The notes under the pieces were generated by a model. That model saw nothing but the letters and a program-made list of their open reading frames with translations, had not been told where the DNA came from and did not search any database. The position numbers and the translations under genes are program-made. A stretch of DNA of 64,000 nt, from assembly GCA_963813155.1 (NCBI GenBank), contig CAWEYG010000003.1, positions 960,001 to 1,024,000 on the forward strand. Reading direction: 5' to 3'. Position 1 is the stretch's first letter. Each line of letters opens with the position of its first letter. This document shows positions 50,144 through 61,115 of this stretch, one piece after another. The DNA is from an uncultured Acidobacteriota bacterium (GTDB lineage: Bacteria; Acidobacteriota; Thermoanaerobaculia; UBA5066; DATFVB01).

Positions 50144-52774
50144 TCAGTGAACGATCCGCGGGGTGATGAAAATGATGAGCTCTTCGTGGTTGTCCGCCGT
50201 GATCTTGCTCCGGAAGAGATTTCCGATCAGGGGGATCTTCCAGAGGCCCGGCACGTTCTGATACGTGTCGTTGTTGTTCATCTGGAAGATTCCGCCGATC
50301 ACGGCCGTGCCGCCGTCTTTGACGATGATCTGCGTCCTCGCCTGGCGGATCGCGATCGGAAGGTTCGGGGTGCCGGGAATCGCGGCGAGGGGCTCGCGCT
50401 TCTGGATGTTCACGTCCATCAGCACGGTTCCCTCCGCGGTGATCTGGGGAGTGACGCTCAACTGGAGCGTCGCGTCGATGTAGCTGACCGTCGTCGTGTT
50501 GTTGACCGTCGTCTGGACGGGGATCTGGGTGCCCGTCTGGATCGAGGCCTGCGTGTTCGTCATCGCGGCAACGCGCGGCGAGGAGATGACCTTTGCGAGC
50601 CCCTCGTTCTCGGCGGCGTTCAGGGCGATATCGAGATTGAACGTGTCGAGAACGTTGCCCAGTCGCAGCGCGAGACCCGACGAGCTGGGTTGCGTGGTGC
50701 CGTCCGGACGCTGGATGACCGTGCCGTTGATCGTTCCGTTGTTCGGAAAAATGAGATTCGTCGTGTTTCCGTGAGCGGCGTCCGCAACGCCGGTGAATCC
50801 CCAGTTGACGCCGAGCGAGCGCCCGAAAGTCTTCGTCGTCTCGACGATTCGGGCCTCGATGATCACCTGCGGCGTCGGCGTGTCCAGGCTGTCGATGAGC
50901 TGGAGCACCGTCGGCATGAAGTCCGCGATCTCGCGGATGATCAGGGTGTTCGTCCGCTCGTCGACGATGATGTCGCCGCGGGGCGACATCACGCGCTTCA
51001 CGGTCCCCGCCGTGGCCCCCGCCTTCGCGTAGGAGAGTTTCTTCGTGACGGTTTTCGTGGGAAGCGAGGTCTGGCGCGCCAGATCGAGGGCGGCGCGGTC
51101 GCGCTCTTCGGCCTGGAGCTTCCCGATCGTCGCGATCCGCATGACGTTGTTCTCGATGATGTACCCGAGGCCGTTCTGCTTGAGGATCAGCTCGAGAGCC
51201 TGGTCCCACGGGACGTTCTCGAGCCGAACGGTCACGGTTCCGTGCACGTCCGGATCGATCACGATGTTCAACCCGGTGAGTTCCGAAATGGTTCGGAACA
51301 CGTCCTTGATGTCGGCATCCTTGAGGTCGAGCGAGATCGGCTCGCCGGTGTATTGCGACTCTCCCCCTCCGACGGTCTTGGACTTGTAGGCGTTGTTGAG
51401 CTCCTGCCGGTCGGTCGGCTTTTCCTGCTGCGCGAGAAGCGCTTCCGCCGATTCGAAGAGGACGTCCTCTTTTTCTTCTTGGCGGCAGTGGCCGGCGTCG
51501 GCGCGGTCTTCGCCGGGGCGGCCTTCGGCGCCGCGGGCCGGGGATCCCGCCGGGCCTCCAGGACCCCCGGCGCCCGTTTGTGGGCCGGGATCGATTCGAC
51601 GGAGGGTCCGGTCGCGACCTGGGTCATCGGGCTGCCGGCCGCCGCTGTGGGCGCCGGCGCCGGGCTCTCTGCGGGAGCGGCGGCGACGGGCTCAGCCGGG
51701 CTTTCGGGCTTCGGCATCTCCGGCGGAGGAACCGCCGCTTCGCTGGCCGGGGCGGGACTCGCGAGCACCGTTCGGGAAGGAGTGGGGGCGGCCGGAGACG
51801 GCGCCGGCGTTGAGCGGGCCTCCACGGCCGATCCAATCACGATCTGCAGGCGCTCTCCGTCGCGCCGGGTGGTATAGGGAACGGACCCGTTCAGATCCAG
51901 AACGACGCGCGTCACCTTCTCGGGCGCGGTCTTGAATTGGGCGATGCGGGCGCGAAGGACTGGCCCCGCTCCGGCGACCGTGCGGCGCTTGACCTCCGTG
52001 CGGACTCCGTTGAAGTCCAGGACGATCCGGGGCGGGTTCGGAAGCACGAAGTCGCTCGCGGAGAGCACGCCGTCCCCGAGCAGGGTGACGACGACGGAAT
52101 CGCCGGAGCCGTGCACTTCGACGCTTTCGAGGGTCCGCGCGATCTCGCCGACCGGGACATTCGCCGCCGCCGGAGCCGCGACCGGCTCGAGGGCCGCCGG
52201 TTCCGGCGCCGCCGGAGCGGCCGGCGCGGCTGCCGGGAGCTCGACCGCCGTGACGACGGCCGGCTTCGGGACGTCGGTGGTCTCGGCGACCGCAGCTGCG
52301 CCGGCCTCCGGCGCGAACGCGATCGCGAGGGATTCGCCCTGCGACGCGATTTCGTATTTCACTTTCGGATCGTGCAGGATCGTCAGCCGGGTCTGTGTCT
52401 TGCCGAGCTCGACCTGCGGCTCGACCCGGATGGAGGTGACGAGAGCTCCTTCCGGCGACGGCGTCACAAACGCGTCCGCCGGCCGGGCGCCGGTCAAATC
52501 GATGACGAGCGTGTCGGGCCGCGGCTCATACGAGGTGTACAGGAGCGGGGCTCTTGGCGTTCAGAACGACCCGGGCGCCGTCGGAGTCCTGAGAAAAGGC
52601 CGCGGAATCGATGACCGCGTACGGTTTCTTTTCCGGGGAACCCGCCGGAGTCGAGGCGGAGCGGTCGGCTGGAGCGTCCGATGCAGCGACGCGATTCGCG
52701 TGACTCGAAGAGCACGCGGTGCCCGCGAAGGCGACACCGGCCATCGCCACGAAGCAGATCCATCGTCTGTGCAT
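50144..52774 (-). CDS. pilQ: Type IV pilus secretin PilQ with AMIN domains (frameshifts near 51470 and 52555)
   Basis: VPWDQALELIL, DERTNTLII, QVIIEARIVE and ELIIFITPRI; AMIN motif PPRIVLDF. Confidence 0.92.
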
Positions 52775-52812
52775 CTCTCCTCCCGTTTTCACGAAGGCCT
52801 TCCGGGCCCGTC

Positions 52813-53305
52813 TCATTCCGGTCTCGCCGCGTTCAAGCGTTTGGTCACGTCGCGGAACGGCTTGACGCTCTGGGGATCGTTGACGTTCTGCCGGAGCGTG
52901 AGCTCGTTGGCTCTCACGTCGAGCACTTCGCCATCAAACAACAGGTCACCTTTTCGAAGCAGGTAGCTTCGATTGTCGGAGCCGCGCACCTGCGCGATCC
53001 AGCCGGATCGGGTCTTCCAGAGCCCCTGGAGCTCCAGCTCGTCGACGGACAGGCCCGGGATGCCCGGCGGCCGCTCGCCTTCCCGCGAACGCTCCCGCAC
53101 GAGGAGCGACTTGAAAGGGTCGCGCCGGCCGGCGGGCTCGTAAACGTACGCGCGGCTCTCGTCGTCTTCGGGCGGAGGAGGGGCGGGCAGCGCGGCCGCA
53201 GGCGCCGGTTTCGGAGGCGCGGGCGCGGAGCGGCGGCGCCGCGAACACCGCCGCGGAGGCGGCCAGGACGGCAAGCACGATTCGAGAATCGCGGAAGATC
53301 TTCAT
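52813..53305 (-). CDS. pilP: PilP-like pilus assembly protein (frameshift near 53235)
   Basis: YEPAGRRDPFKSL motif; position between pilO and pilQ. Confidence 0.8.
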
Positions 53306-53970
53306 TCCAGTTTCTCCCCACCCTTGGCCGGCGGCGGCCGGGGGGTGATCCCGAGGAGGCCCGACGGGGCCGCCCGCGCCTCGCTTCGGCTGATCCGCGG
53401 GGTTTTCGCCGATGTAGATGAACGTTTTCGCGACGAAGGTCGCGCCGATCGTCTTTCCCGGAGCGTCGATTCCGTGGACTCGAAGATCCTCGACGTTGAT
53501 GATCCGCGAGAAATTGCTCATCCGACTGAAGAAGAGGGCCAGGTTGTGGTACGTGCCGTTGAGCGAGATGTTGAACGGGTACTCCTTGTAGAAGTCCCGC
53601 GGAATCGGCTCATTCGTCCGGAAGTTCAGCAGCGTGAAATCGCCCTGGTGGACGAGGGCTTCCACCTTCTTGATCAGGTCTTCGGTGTCGCGCTCGGGCG
53701 GAAGGACCTGCAGCAGCTTCTGAAGCTCCAGCTCCAGCTTTTTCACTTCTTCCCGGAACTGGGAGAGCTTTCGTTCGGCGGCGCGGCCCTTCTCGATTTC
53801 GGCCGTGAGCGACGTGAGTTGAGCCTTGGCGCGCCTCGATGTCCTTGCGTTTTTGCTGAAAATTCGGATAGCCGTACTCGGCGGCGAGCGACAGGATCAC
53901 GCGCGAGCGCGAGGCCCCAGGCCGCCGCGACCCACCAGGCCTTGTCTTCGAATTTCAGCTCGATTGCCAT
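53302..53970 (-). CDS. pilO: Type IV pilus assembly protein PilO (several frameshifts)
   Basis: LPPERD, FYKEYPFNISLNGTYHNLALFF and RIINV. Confidence 0.85.
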
Positions 53971-53980
53971 GTCCGCCTCG

Positions 53981-54623
53981 TCACGCCGCCGGCCTGGCCG
54001 CGCCGGGGGGCGCGGTCGTGGTTGTGGTGGTCGTCGTGGTCGTGGTCGCCGGCGGCAGCCACGGGCGTCACGTACGTGAACGTCACCGAAAGCCCGAAGT
54101 TGTAGATGGGCCCTTCCTGGTTGAGGCTGTCGAAGGTCGGTTCGGCGAAGTAGGAGCTCTTCTTGAGATTTTCGATGAAGTTGGCCACGGCGTTGGGCGT
54201 CATGGCCTTGCCCCTCAGGCTGATCGTGTTGCCGATGAGATTCATCTCGTTGAGCCACACGAGATCGGGCAGCGCCCGGGAGACCTCGTCCATCAGCCGG
54301 ACGGGCCCTCGCTGATTCCTCTTCAGATCGTTGATCAGCGCGATCTTCTTCTCGAGATCGGCTTTCTTTTTCTCGTATCCGTTCACTTCGTCGATGATCG
54401 ACTTGAGGCGATCGACCTCGGCCTGCGCCTTGCGGATCTTGTCGTCGAGATCGCCCTTCACGCTGCTGAGGTGCCACCACATTCCGCCGACATAGAGCGC
54501 GCCGAGAAGAAAGCAGCCCGCGAAAATGAGATTGTTCACCCGGCCGGTCGACATTGCCGTCGGAGCCGCAGCTTTCTTGGCGGCGGTCGTGCGCCCCTCG
54601 GAGACCAGATTGATCTTGATCAA
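53981..54623 (-). CDS. pilN: Type IV pilus assembly protein PilN (frameshift near 54055)
   Basis: IKINL, TM helix, coiled coil and PDLVWL..VANFIENL. Confidence 0.88.
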
Positions 54624-54627
54624 ACGG

Positions 54628-55680
54628 TCACCCTCCGACCTGCCGGGAGGCAAGGCCGACCGCGATCGCGAGCCGCGGAGCCTGGTCCGAAAGCCACTCC
54701 TCGGACACTCCGCTTCCCGACGTTTGGATCTGCCGGAAGGGGTTCATGATCTCGACGGGAATCCCGAACCGATCCTTCAACTGAGAATCGAGATTGATGA
54801 CGCGAGCGGATCCCCCGGACAGAACGATCTCGTCGATTTTTTCCGTGGCCGTCGTGGCCGTGAAGAAATCGAAGGTCTTCTGGAGCTCCTGGGCGAGGTC
54901 CTGCGATACCGACTGGAGGATCGGCAGCGTCGTGGCCAGCGTGTGCTCGCCCACTTTTTCGCCGCGCTTGAGGGCCTCCGCCTGCTCGAAGCTCAGGTTG
55001 TATTCCTTCTGCAGCGCGTCGGTGTACTGGTTGCCGCCGAAGGAAATATCGCGCCAGAAGATCGAATTCGTGCCGGAAAGCACGTTGACGTTCGTGACCG
55101 AAGCTCCGATGTTGACGAGCGCAACGACCCGTCCCGGGGTCAGCGGATAGTTGATCTCGTAGGCGTTCTGGACCGCGAATGCGTCCACGTCGACGAGCGC
55201 CGCGGTCTTGCCCGCCTGCGAGATCACGCCCGTGTACTCGGCGATCTTGTCCTTCTTGACGGCGACCAGGAGCACGTCCATGCCGTCCCCCGAGCCCCCC
55301 TCGAGAACGACGTAGTCGAGATTCACGTCGTTGATGTCGAACGGAACGTACTGCTCCGCCTCCCAGCGAATCGACTCGGCCAATTCCGACTCGGTCATCC
55401 GCGGCAGGTTGATTTTCTTGATGATGACGGAGTGTCCCGACAAGGAAGTCCCGTAGTTGTCGTTCTTGACGTTGAGCACCGCATCGAGCCGGTTGATCGC
55501 TTCGACGACGAGCGAGGAGTCCATGATCGCCCCGTCGACGATGGCTTCCGGCGAAAGGGTCTCGACGCCGGCAGAAACCAGCTTGAAGCTTCCCGCCTTG
55601 GCCTGTTTGAGCTCCACCAGTTTGACTCCGGAGCTGCCAATGTCGAGGCCTACGAGGTTCTTAGATTTGCCGAACAGCAC
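54628..55680 (-). CDS. pilM: Type IV pilus assembly ATPase-like protein PilM
   Basis: GLDIGSSGVK, EAEQYVPFD, LSGG and AVGLA. Confidence 0.95.
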   Translation of the reverse strand: MLFGKSKNLVGLDIGSSGVKLVELKQAKAGSFKLVSAGVETLSPEAIVDGAIMDSSLVVEAINRLDAVLNVKNDNYGTSLSGHSVIIKKINLPRMTESELAESIRWEAEQYVPFDINDVNLDYVVLEGGSGDGMDVLLVAVKKDKIAEYTGVISQAGKTAALVDVDAFAVQNAYEINYPLTPGRVVALVNIGASVTNVNVLSGTNSIFWRDISFGGNQYTDALQKEYNLSFEQAEALKRGEKVGEHTLATTLPILQSVSQDLAQELQKTFDFFTATTATEKIDEIVLSGGSARVINLDSQLKDRFGIPVEIMNPFRQIQTSGSGVSEEWLSDQAPRLAIAVGLASRQVGG

Positions 55681-55744
55681 TATGCCTCACCTACTCCTCG
55701 AACCGGTTTAGGGGGTTAGCGATGGACTACTAGCAACTGGTGCC

Positions 55745-55773
55745 AAAATAGCAGAAGGCTAAACGACTGTCAA
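55745..55773 (-). promoter_or_regulatory. Sigma70 promoter of the pil operon
   Basis: TTGACA-N17-TATTTT. Confidence 0.6.
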
Positions 55774-55866
55774 GACAAAAGATTCTGTCCCAGCACGAGT
55801 TAGCCCCTCTTCCGGCCGTCCGGAAAGCGTGTTAGGATGGAGTTTTCCGGCAAGTGAGGAGACACA

Positions 55867-56076
55867 ATGCCTAGGGGATGTGATTACTGTGGAAAAGCCG
55901 CGGTTTCAGGAAACCGCGTGAGTCACGCGAACAACGTCACGAAGCGGACGTGGCAACCGAACCTGAAGAGCGTTCGCGCCGTGTTCGACGGGGCGGCGAA
56001 GCACGTGCACGTGTGCACGCGCTGCCTGCGATCGGGCAAGGTCGTCAAGCCGACCGTCCGCGCCGCCAAAGCCTAG
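55867..56076 (+). CDS. rpmB: 50S ribosomal protein L28 (four-Cys form)
   Basis: [31 protein letters not shown]; GAGGAG Shine-Dalgarno. Confidence 0.96.
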   Translation: MPRGCDYCGKAAVSGNRVSHANNVTKRTWQPNLKSVRAVFDGAAKHVHVCTRCLRSGKVVKPTVRAAKA

Positions 56077-56077
56077 A

Positions 56078-56460
56078 GCTCGCTCGGCTCGGCCGCTGAC
56101 GCAGCGCCGGCGGCAAATCGGGCTCGTTCGGGAATCGCAACTCGCGGCATCGCCAGTGCGCTCCTCGGGCTCGCGTTCCCGGAAGATCTCGTGCATCCAC
56201 GGTCGAGCTGAAAGAACTGCACGCTCACGACGAAGGCCGAGTCCCTCCTCGCGCCAGCCGCCGCCGTGCGAAGGCCGGAGGTGTCGCATGGGGCATGGGG
56301 CTTCGCCTCGAGCGAAGGCCCGAGAGCGACGAGGCCAACGACGCCGGGGAGGCCGGTCTCGTGAGATCCCGAGGGCAAAGCGATCTCGCGGCCGAGGGTC
56401 CGAAGAGCGAGTTGCCGAGCCGGCGACTGGGGCTAGGCCGCGACTCGGCCGAGCGAAGCC
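56078..56460. repeat. ~380-bp non-coding dispersed repeat (MITE-like)
   Basis: Ends GCTCGCTCGGC...GCCGAGCGAAGC. The left part matches 39605..39719; the right part matches the reverse complement of about 62840..62930. Confidence 0.7.
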
Positions 56461-56461
56461 C

Positions 56462-58654
56462 TCAGGCGGGCGTCGCGTCGCCGGCCGCCGCCGTCTGAAA
56501 CTGCCTCCGGACCTGCAGGACCCCCGCGACGGCGCGGAGGCGCTTGAGGATCCTCTCCAGGTGCTTCACGTCCTCGATCTCGACCTCGACGAGGACTTCG
56601 CCCCTCCGGCCGGCGTCGCTTCGGGCCTCGATCCGCCGAATGTTGCTCTTTTCCTCCGCAATCACCTGCGTGAGGTCGGCGAGCAGACCCGGGCGGTCCT
56701 CCGTAGCGATCTTGAGCTCCGCCGGGAACCGGCCGGTGGATTTTTTCCCTGACCAGTGGACCTGAATCTGTCGCTCGGGGTCGTACAGAAGGCTCGTCAC
56801 GTTCGGGCAGCTTGCGGCGTGCACGGAAACTCCCCTTCCGCGGGTCACGTATCCGACGATCGCCTCGCCCGGAAGGGGGTTGCAGCATTTCGCCAGGGAG
56901 GCCAGGAGATCGTCGTAACCGACCACTTCGACCGTCGGGGAGCCGAATGGCAGGATCTTTCGGGCGGCGCGCTCGAGGACGGATTCCGGCTCGGGCGCCG
57001 AAACGCGGTCGATCTCCTCGCGCGGCACCAGCTTTTCGACGATGCTCCGCGGGACGATCTTCCCGAAGCCCAGCGCGGCGTACAGGTCCTCGATCTTGGA
57101 GAGGCCCAGGTCCGGAAGGAGATCGGCGAGCGCGCCGTCGGATTCCAGTTTCTTGACCGAACGGCGGAACCGCTTGAATTCTTTTTCGAGCAGCTTGCGG
57201 CCGATCTCGATCGACTTTTCCTTCTCCTGCGCGTGAATGAAGTGCCGGATCTTGTTCTTCGCGCGGGACGTCACGGCGAACGAGAGCCAGTCGCGCGACG
57301 GCTTCGCCGCCGGGGACGTCAGGATCTCGACCCAGTCTCCGTTCTGCAGCAGCGTTTTCAGGGGAACGAGCTTCCCGTTGACCCGCGAGCCGATGCAGTG
57401 CGCGCCGACGTCGCTGTGGACGCGATAGGCGAAATCCACCGGGGTGGCGCCGCGGGGAAACGCGAAGACCTTGCCCTTCGGAGTGAACGTGTAGACCTCG
57501 TCCGGGTAGAGATCGACTTTCAGAGCGTCGAGGAACTGCCGCGGGTCGGTCACCTCCGTGCGAAGATCGGCCAGGCGCCGCAGCCAGTCGAACCGCGCGT
57601 CGTCCGGGGAAGCGTCGAGCCGGCCCTCTTTGTAGCGCCAGTGCGCCGCGATCCCCCTCTCCGCCACGAGGTCCATTTCGTGGGTCCGGACCTGCACCTC
57701 GAACGGCGTCCCTTTCTCTCCCATGACGGTGGTGTGGAGCGACTGATAGAAGTTCGGCTTCGGCATCGCGATGTAGTCCTTGAATCGCCCCGGCACGGGC
57801 CGCCAGATCTGGTGGATGAGCCCGAGGATCGCGTAGCAGTCCTTGACCTCCCGGCAGACGATGCGGAACGCGAGGATGTCGTACAGCTGCGCGATCTCGA
57901 TCTCCTGGCGCCGCATCTTCAGCCAGATGGAGTAGAGCCGCTTCACGCGTCCCCGCACCTGGTTCTCGATGCCCGCGGCCGACAGGGCCGACTCGATTCG
58001 ATGCTGCACGTCTTCCACGAGACGGCGCGAGTTCTTCAGCCGCGCTTCGACCGCCTCGGAGATCTGCTCGTATTGAACCGGCTCGAGCGCGTGAAACGCC
58101 AGATCTTCGAGCTGCCCCTTGATCGACCCGATCCCGAGCCGGTTCGCGATCGGGGCGTAGATCTCGAGGGTCTCGCGCGAAACCTCCTCGCGCTTCTCGG
58201 GCGAGAGGTATTCGAGGGTTCGCATGTTGTGCAGGCGGTCCGCGAGCTTGACGAGGATGACCCGGAGGTCCGAGGCCATTCCCAGAATCATCTTGAGGAA
58301 CGTCTCGGCCTGTTCCTGCTCGCGGGAATGAAACGTGAACTTGCCGATCTTCGTGACGCCGTCGACGAGCTCCGCGACCTCGGTTCCGAAGTGCCGGGCC
58401 AGGTCTTCTTTCGTGACGCCCGTGTCCTCGAGGATGTCGTGCAGAAGCCCGACGACGATCGAAACGTCGTCGGCCCGCATGTCGGCCAGGATGCCCGCGG
58501 TGTTCAGAGGGTGGATGAGATACGGCTCGCCGGAGCGCCGGGTCTGGCCGTGGTGCTCCTTGGCGGAAAAGACGTAGGCCTTCCGCAGGAGCGTCTCGTC
58601 GCTGCCGGGGTTGTAGGCCTGCACCTTCTCGAGGATTTCCTCGAAGCGGATCAC
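56462..58654 (-). CDS. rel: Bifunctional (p)ppGpp synthetase/hydrolase (RelA/SpoT homologue)
   Basis: SGEPY, LHDILED, KLADRLHNMRT and YQSLHT; TGS and ACT domains. Confidence 0.96.
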   Translation of the reverse strand: MIRFEEILEKVQAYNPGSDETLLRKAYVFSAKEHHGQTRRSGEPYLIHPLNTAGILADMRADDVSIVVGLLHDILEDTGVTKEDLARHFGTEVAELVDGVTKIGKFTFHSREQEQAETFLKMILGMASDLRVILVKLADRLHNMRTLEYLSPEKREEVSRETLEIYAPIANRLGIGSIKGQLEDLAFHALEPVQYEQISEAVEARLKNSRRLVEDVQHRIESALSAAGIENQVRGRVKRLYSIWLKMRRQEIEIAQLYDILAFRIVCREVKDCYAILGLIHQIWRPVPGRFKDYIAMPKPNFYQSLHTTVMGEKGTPFEVQVRTHEMDLVAERGIAAHWRYKEGRLDASPDDARFDWLRRLADLRTEVTDPRQFLDALKVDLYPDEVYTFTPKGKVFAFPRGATPVDFAYRVHSDVGAHCIGSRVNGKLVPLKTLLQNGDWVEILTSPAAKPSRDWLSFAVTSRAKNKIRHFIHAQEKEKSIEIGRKLLEKEFKRFRRSVKKLESDGALADLLPDLGLSKIEDLYAALGFGKIVPRSIVEKLVPREEIDRVSAPEPESVLERAARKILPFGSPTVEVVGYDDLLASLAKCCNPLPGEAIVGYVTRGRGVSVHAASCPNVTSLLYDPERQIQVHWSGKKSTGRFPAELKIATEDRPGLLADLTQVIAEEKSNIRRIEARSDAGRRGEVLVEVEIEDVKHLERILKRLRAVAGVLQVRRQFQTAAAGDATPA

Positions 58655-58663
58655 CCCGCTATT

Positions 58664-59887
58664 CTACGAGGATCCCGCGGCCGAAAGCGCGCTCTTTGCC
58701 GCGCCGAGGCCCGCCGCCCTGCCGGTCACCCACGCCCACAGAAAATTGTGCCCGCCGATCGGCCCGAACGCGTCGAGGATCTCCCCGCAGAAAAACAGGC
58801 CGGAGACCCTTCGGCTCTGGAGCGTCGCGGGATGGACTTCGTCGAGCGCGACGCCTCCTCCCGTCACCTCGGCCCGCGAATAGCCCTCGTGGCCGGAGAC
58901 GGGAAGGCGCATGCGGGTGAGGCTCTCCCCGAGGCGCGCGCGCGCCTCGCGGGAGAGGTGCGAGACCGTCAGCGGGCGCCGGGCCCCGGCCGTCCGGGCC
59001 ACGAGATCTGCAAGGCGGTCGGGCAAGAATTTCGCGATCACCCCGGCGACCATCGCGTTCCCGGGGGCGTCGCGAAGGCGGCGGTCCCAGTCGGAAGCCG
59101 ACGCCGCCGTCCAGGCAACGCGGGCCGCCCGCCCGGGGTCCCGAACGAGGAGGTGGGAGATGTCCAGCACCGAAGGGCCGGAATAGCCGAAATGGGTGAA
59201 CAGAAAGCCGCCCGAAGCGGAGGCGGCTCGCGCCGAGCCGCTCCCCTCGACGGAGATCGTCACCGGAAGCGAGACGCCCGCGAGCGCGAGATGATCCGCT
59301 TCGGCGGTCCGCAGAGGAGTCAGCGCGGGGTACGGATCGACGAGCCGGTGCCCGAGCCGCCGGGCCACATCGAGACCCGCTCCGTCGGAACCGGTCCGGG
59401 GAATCGAGAGACCGCCCGTGGCCAGGACCACCGCGCCGCCCGTGAAACTTCTGCCGTCCTGCGCCACGGCGGAAAGGACGCCCGAAGAAGATCTCGAAAC
59501 TTCGACGACGCGGGCTTCCCGGACCAGCTCGACCCCCGCCTTGCCCGCTTCCCGGAGGAGAGCGTTCCGGACGTCCCGCGCCCGCTGGGAGGCGGGGAAC
59601 AGCTTCCCGGTCTCCTCCTCGAGGACGAGCGGGACCCCGAGCTCCTCCGAAAAGAATCGCGCGACCGCTTCGAGTCGCCAGGACTTCAACAGATTCGACG
59701 CCAGGCGAGGCGTCTCCGAGACGAAGAGCTCGGGCGAGAACCGGGAAGGAAGGAGGTTGCAGCGGCCGCCCCCGGAGATCAGGATTTTCTGCCCGGGATT
59801 GTCCGTGGATTCCAAGAGCGCGACCCGGGCGCCCGCGCGGCGGGCAAAAAGGGAGGCCGCGAGGCCGGCGGCCCCGGCCCCGACCAC
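58664..59887 (-). CDS. HI0933/BaiN-family flavoprotein (start uncertain)
   Basis: GAGAAG, KILISGGGRCN, ATGG, VTGGGV and GEILD..GG.N. Confidence 0.9.
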   Translation of the reverse strand: MVGAGAAGLAASLFARRAGARVALLESTDNPGQKILISGGGRCNLLPSRFSPELFVSETPRLASNLLKSWRLEAVARFFSEELGVPLVLEEETGKLFPASQRARDVRNALLREAGKAGVELVREARVVEVSRSSSGVLSAVAQDGRSFTGGAVVLATGGLSIPRTGSDGAGLDVARRLGHRLVDPYPALTPLRTAEADHLALAGVSLPVTISVEGSGSARAASASGGFLFTHFGYSGPSVLDISHLLVRDPGRAARVAWTAASASDWDRRLRDAPGNAMVAGVIAKFLPDRLADLVARTAGARRPLTVSHLSREARARLGESLTRMRLPVSGHEGYSRAEVTGGGVALDEVHPATLQSRRVSGLFFCGEILDAFGPIGGHNFLWAWVTGRAAGLGAAKSALSAAGSS

Positions 59888-59895
59888 GAGAACGT

Positions 59896-61107
59896 CTATC
59901 TCTTGCCGGACTTTCCCGCCTTCGGAGAAGCTTTCGCGGCCGCGGTCGCGGGCCGCCGCTTGTTCTGAAGGTCGTTCCAGATCACGACGATGGGCGCCGC
60001 GACATAGATCGACGAGTAGGTGCCGACGATGATGCCGATGACGAGCGTGAGGGCGAACGTGTTCAGGACCTCGCCGCCAAGGAAGAACAGCGCCACGACG
60101 ACGAGGAACGTGAGGCCGGAGCTCATCACCGTTCGCGAGAGCGTCTGGTTGATCGAATCGTTGATCACCTTCGGAAGCGGGTCGCGGCGGTTGTTCTTCA
60201 GGTTCTCGCGAATCCGGTCGTACACGACGACCGTGTCGTTCATCGAGTAGCCGACCAGGGTCAGCAAGGCGGCCACGACGACGAGAGTGATCTCGCGGTT
60301 GAAGATCGAGAGCAGCCCGATCGTGATGAGCGTGTCGTGAATGATGGCGACGATTGCTCCAACGCCGAACTTCACGTCGAACCGGAACCAGATGTAAAAG
60401 AGCATCGCGAACGTCGACAGGAAGACCGCCCAGAGCGCCTTCGTTCGAAGGTCTTTTCCGACCTGCGGTCCGACGTTGTCAGCCGACAGCACCGTGAACG
60501 GGCCGATGACCGCGTTCTGCTGGAGCCAGGCCTTCACGGCGGGCGAGACGCCGGGAATCGCGTCGAAATCCGCCGGCGACCGGAAGAGCCCGATCTGCGA
60601 GCGGTACGCGACGATCGCGTCGCCGACCGACGCGTAGTGCTGGGCCGCCGCGTTGCCGAGCCGGCCGGCGACGTTGTCCGGGTCCGTCGGCGCGATCGAC
60701 AGCGCGAGCGTGTCGTGGCCTTTCGCGTTGACGTCGATCTTCTTCGGGTCCACGGCCGTCCCGAGCGCGCTCGAGAGCGCGGCGAAAACCTCCTGCGAGA
60801 CATCGCGGCCCTCGCGAGCCTGCTGCTTGACCTTGATCAGGACTTCGCCTTTGGCAGGATCGTCGTAGCGCTGAACGCCTTCCAGGCCGAGGTTGAGCGG
60901 TTTCAGGATCGATTCGAGCTTCGCCGGATCCGGACGGGTCGCGAACTTCAGCACGATCTGCGTCCCGCCCGAGAAATCGATTCCGAACCGCAGCCCGCCG
61001 CGAACGGCGATCGAGATGAACCCGAGCACGATCAGCGCCCAGGAAACTCCGATGCAGATCCATTTAACCCGGAGAAAATCGATCTTGGTGTCTCTGAACA
61101 GTTCCAT
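59896..61107 (-). CDS. secF: Protein translocase subunit SecF
   Basis: GIDFSGG, VGPQVG, HD and GYSMNDTVVVYDRIRE. Confidence 0.95.
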   Translation of the reverse strand: MELFRDTKIDFLRVKWICIGVSWALIVLGFISIAVRGGLRFGIDFSGGTQIVLKFATRPDPAKLESILKPLNLGLEGVQRYDDPAKGEVLIKVKQQAREGRDVSQEVFAALSSALGTAVDPKKIDVNAKGHDTLALSIAPTDPDNVAGRLGNAAAQHYASVGDAIVAYRSQIGLFRSPADFDAIPGVSPAVKAWLQQNAVIGPFTVLSADNVGPQVGKDLRTKALWAVFLSTFAMLFYIWFRFDVKFGVGAIVAIIHDTLITIGLLSIFNREITLVVVAALLTLVGYSMNDTVVVYDRIRENLKNNRRDPLPKVINDSINQTLSRTVMSSGLTFLVVVALFFLGGEVLNTFALTLVIGIIVGTYSSIYVAAPIVVIWNDLQNKRRPATAAAKASPKAGKSGKR

Positions 61108-61115
61108 CGGCCGTC

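Noticed and set aside
55732-55745. Sigma54 promoter upstream of pilM (TGGCACCAGTTGCT)
   Set aside because: The GG-to-GC spacing is 8 nt rather than 10, and a sigma70 promoter fits. Worth rechecking after polishing.
56078-56460. Possible rnpB, tmRNA or 6S RNA
   Set aside because: No GAGGAAAGUC core or tRNA-like ends, and partial copies elsewhere indicate a repeat.
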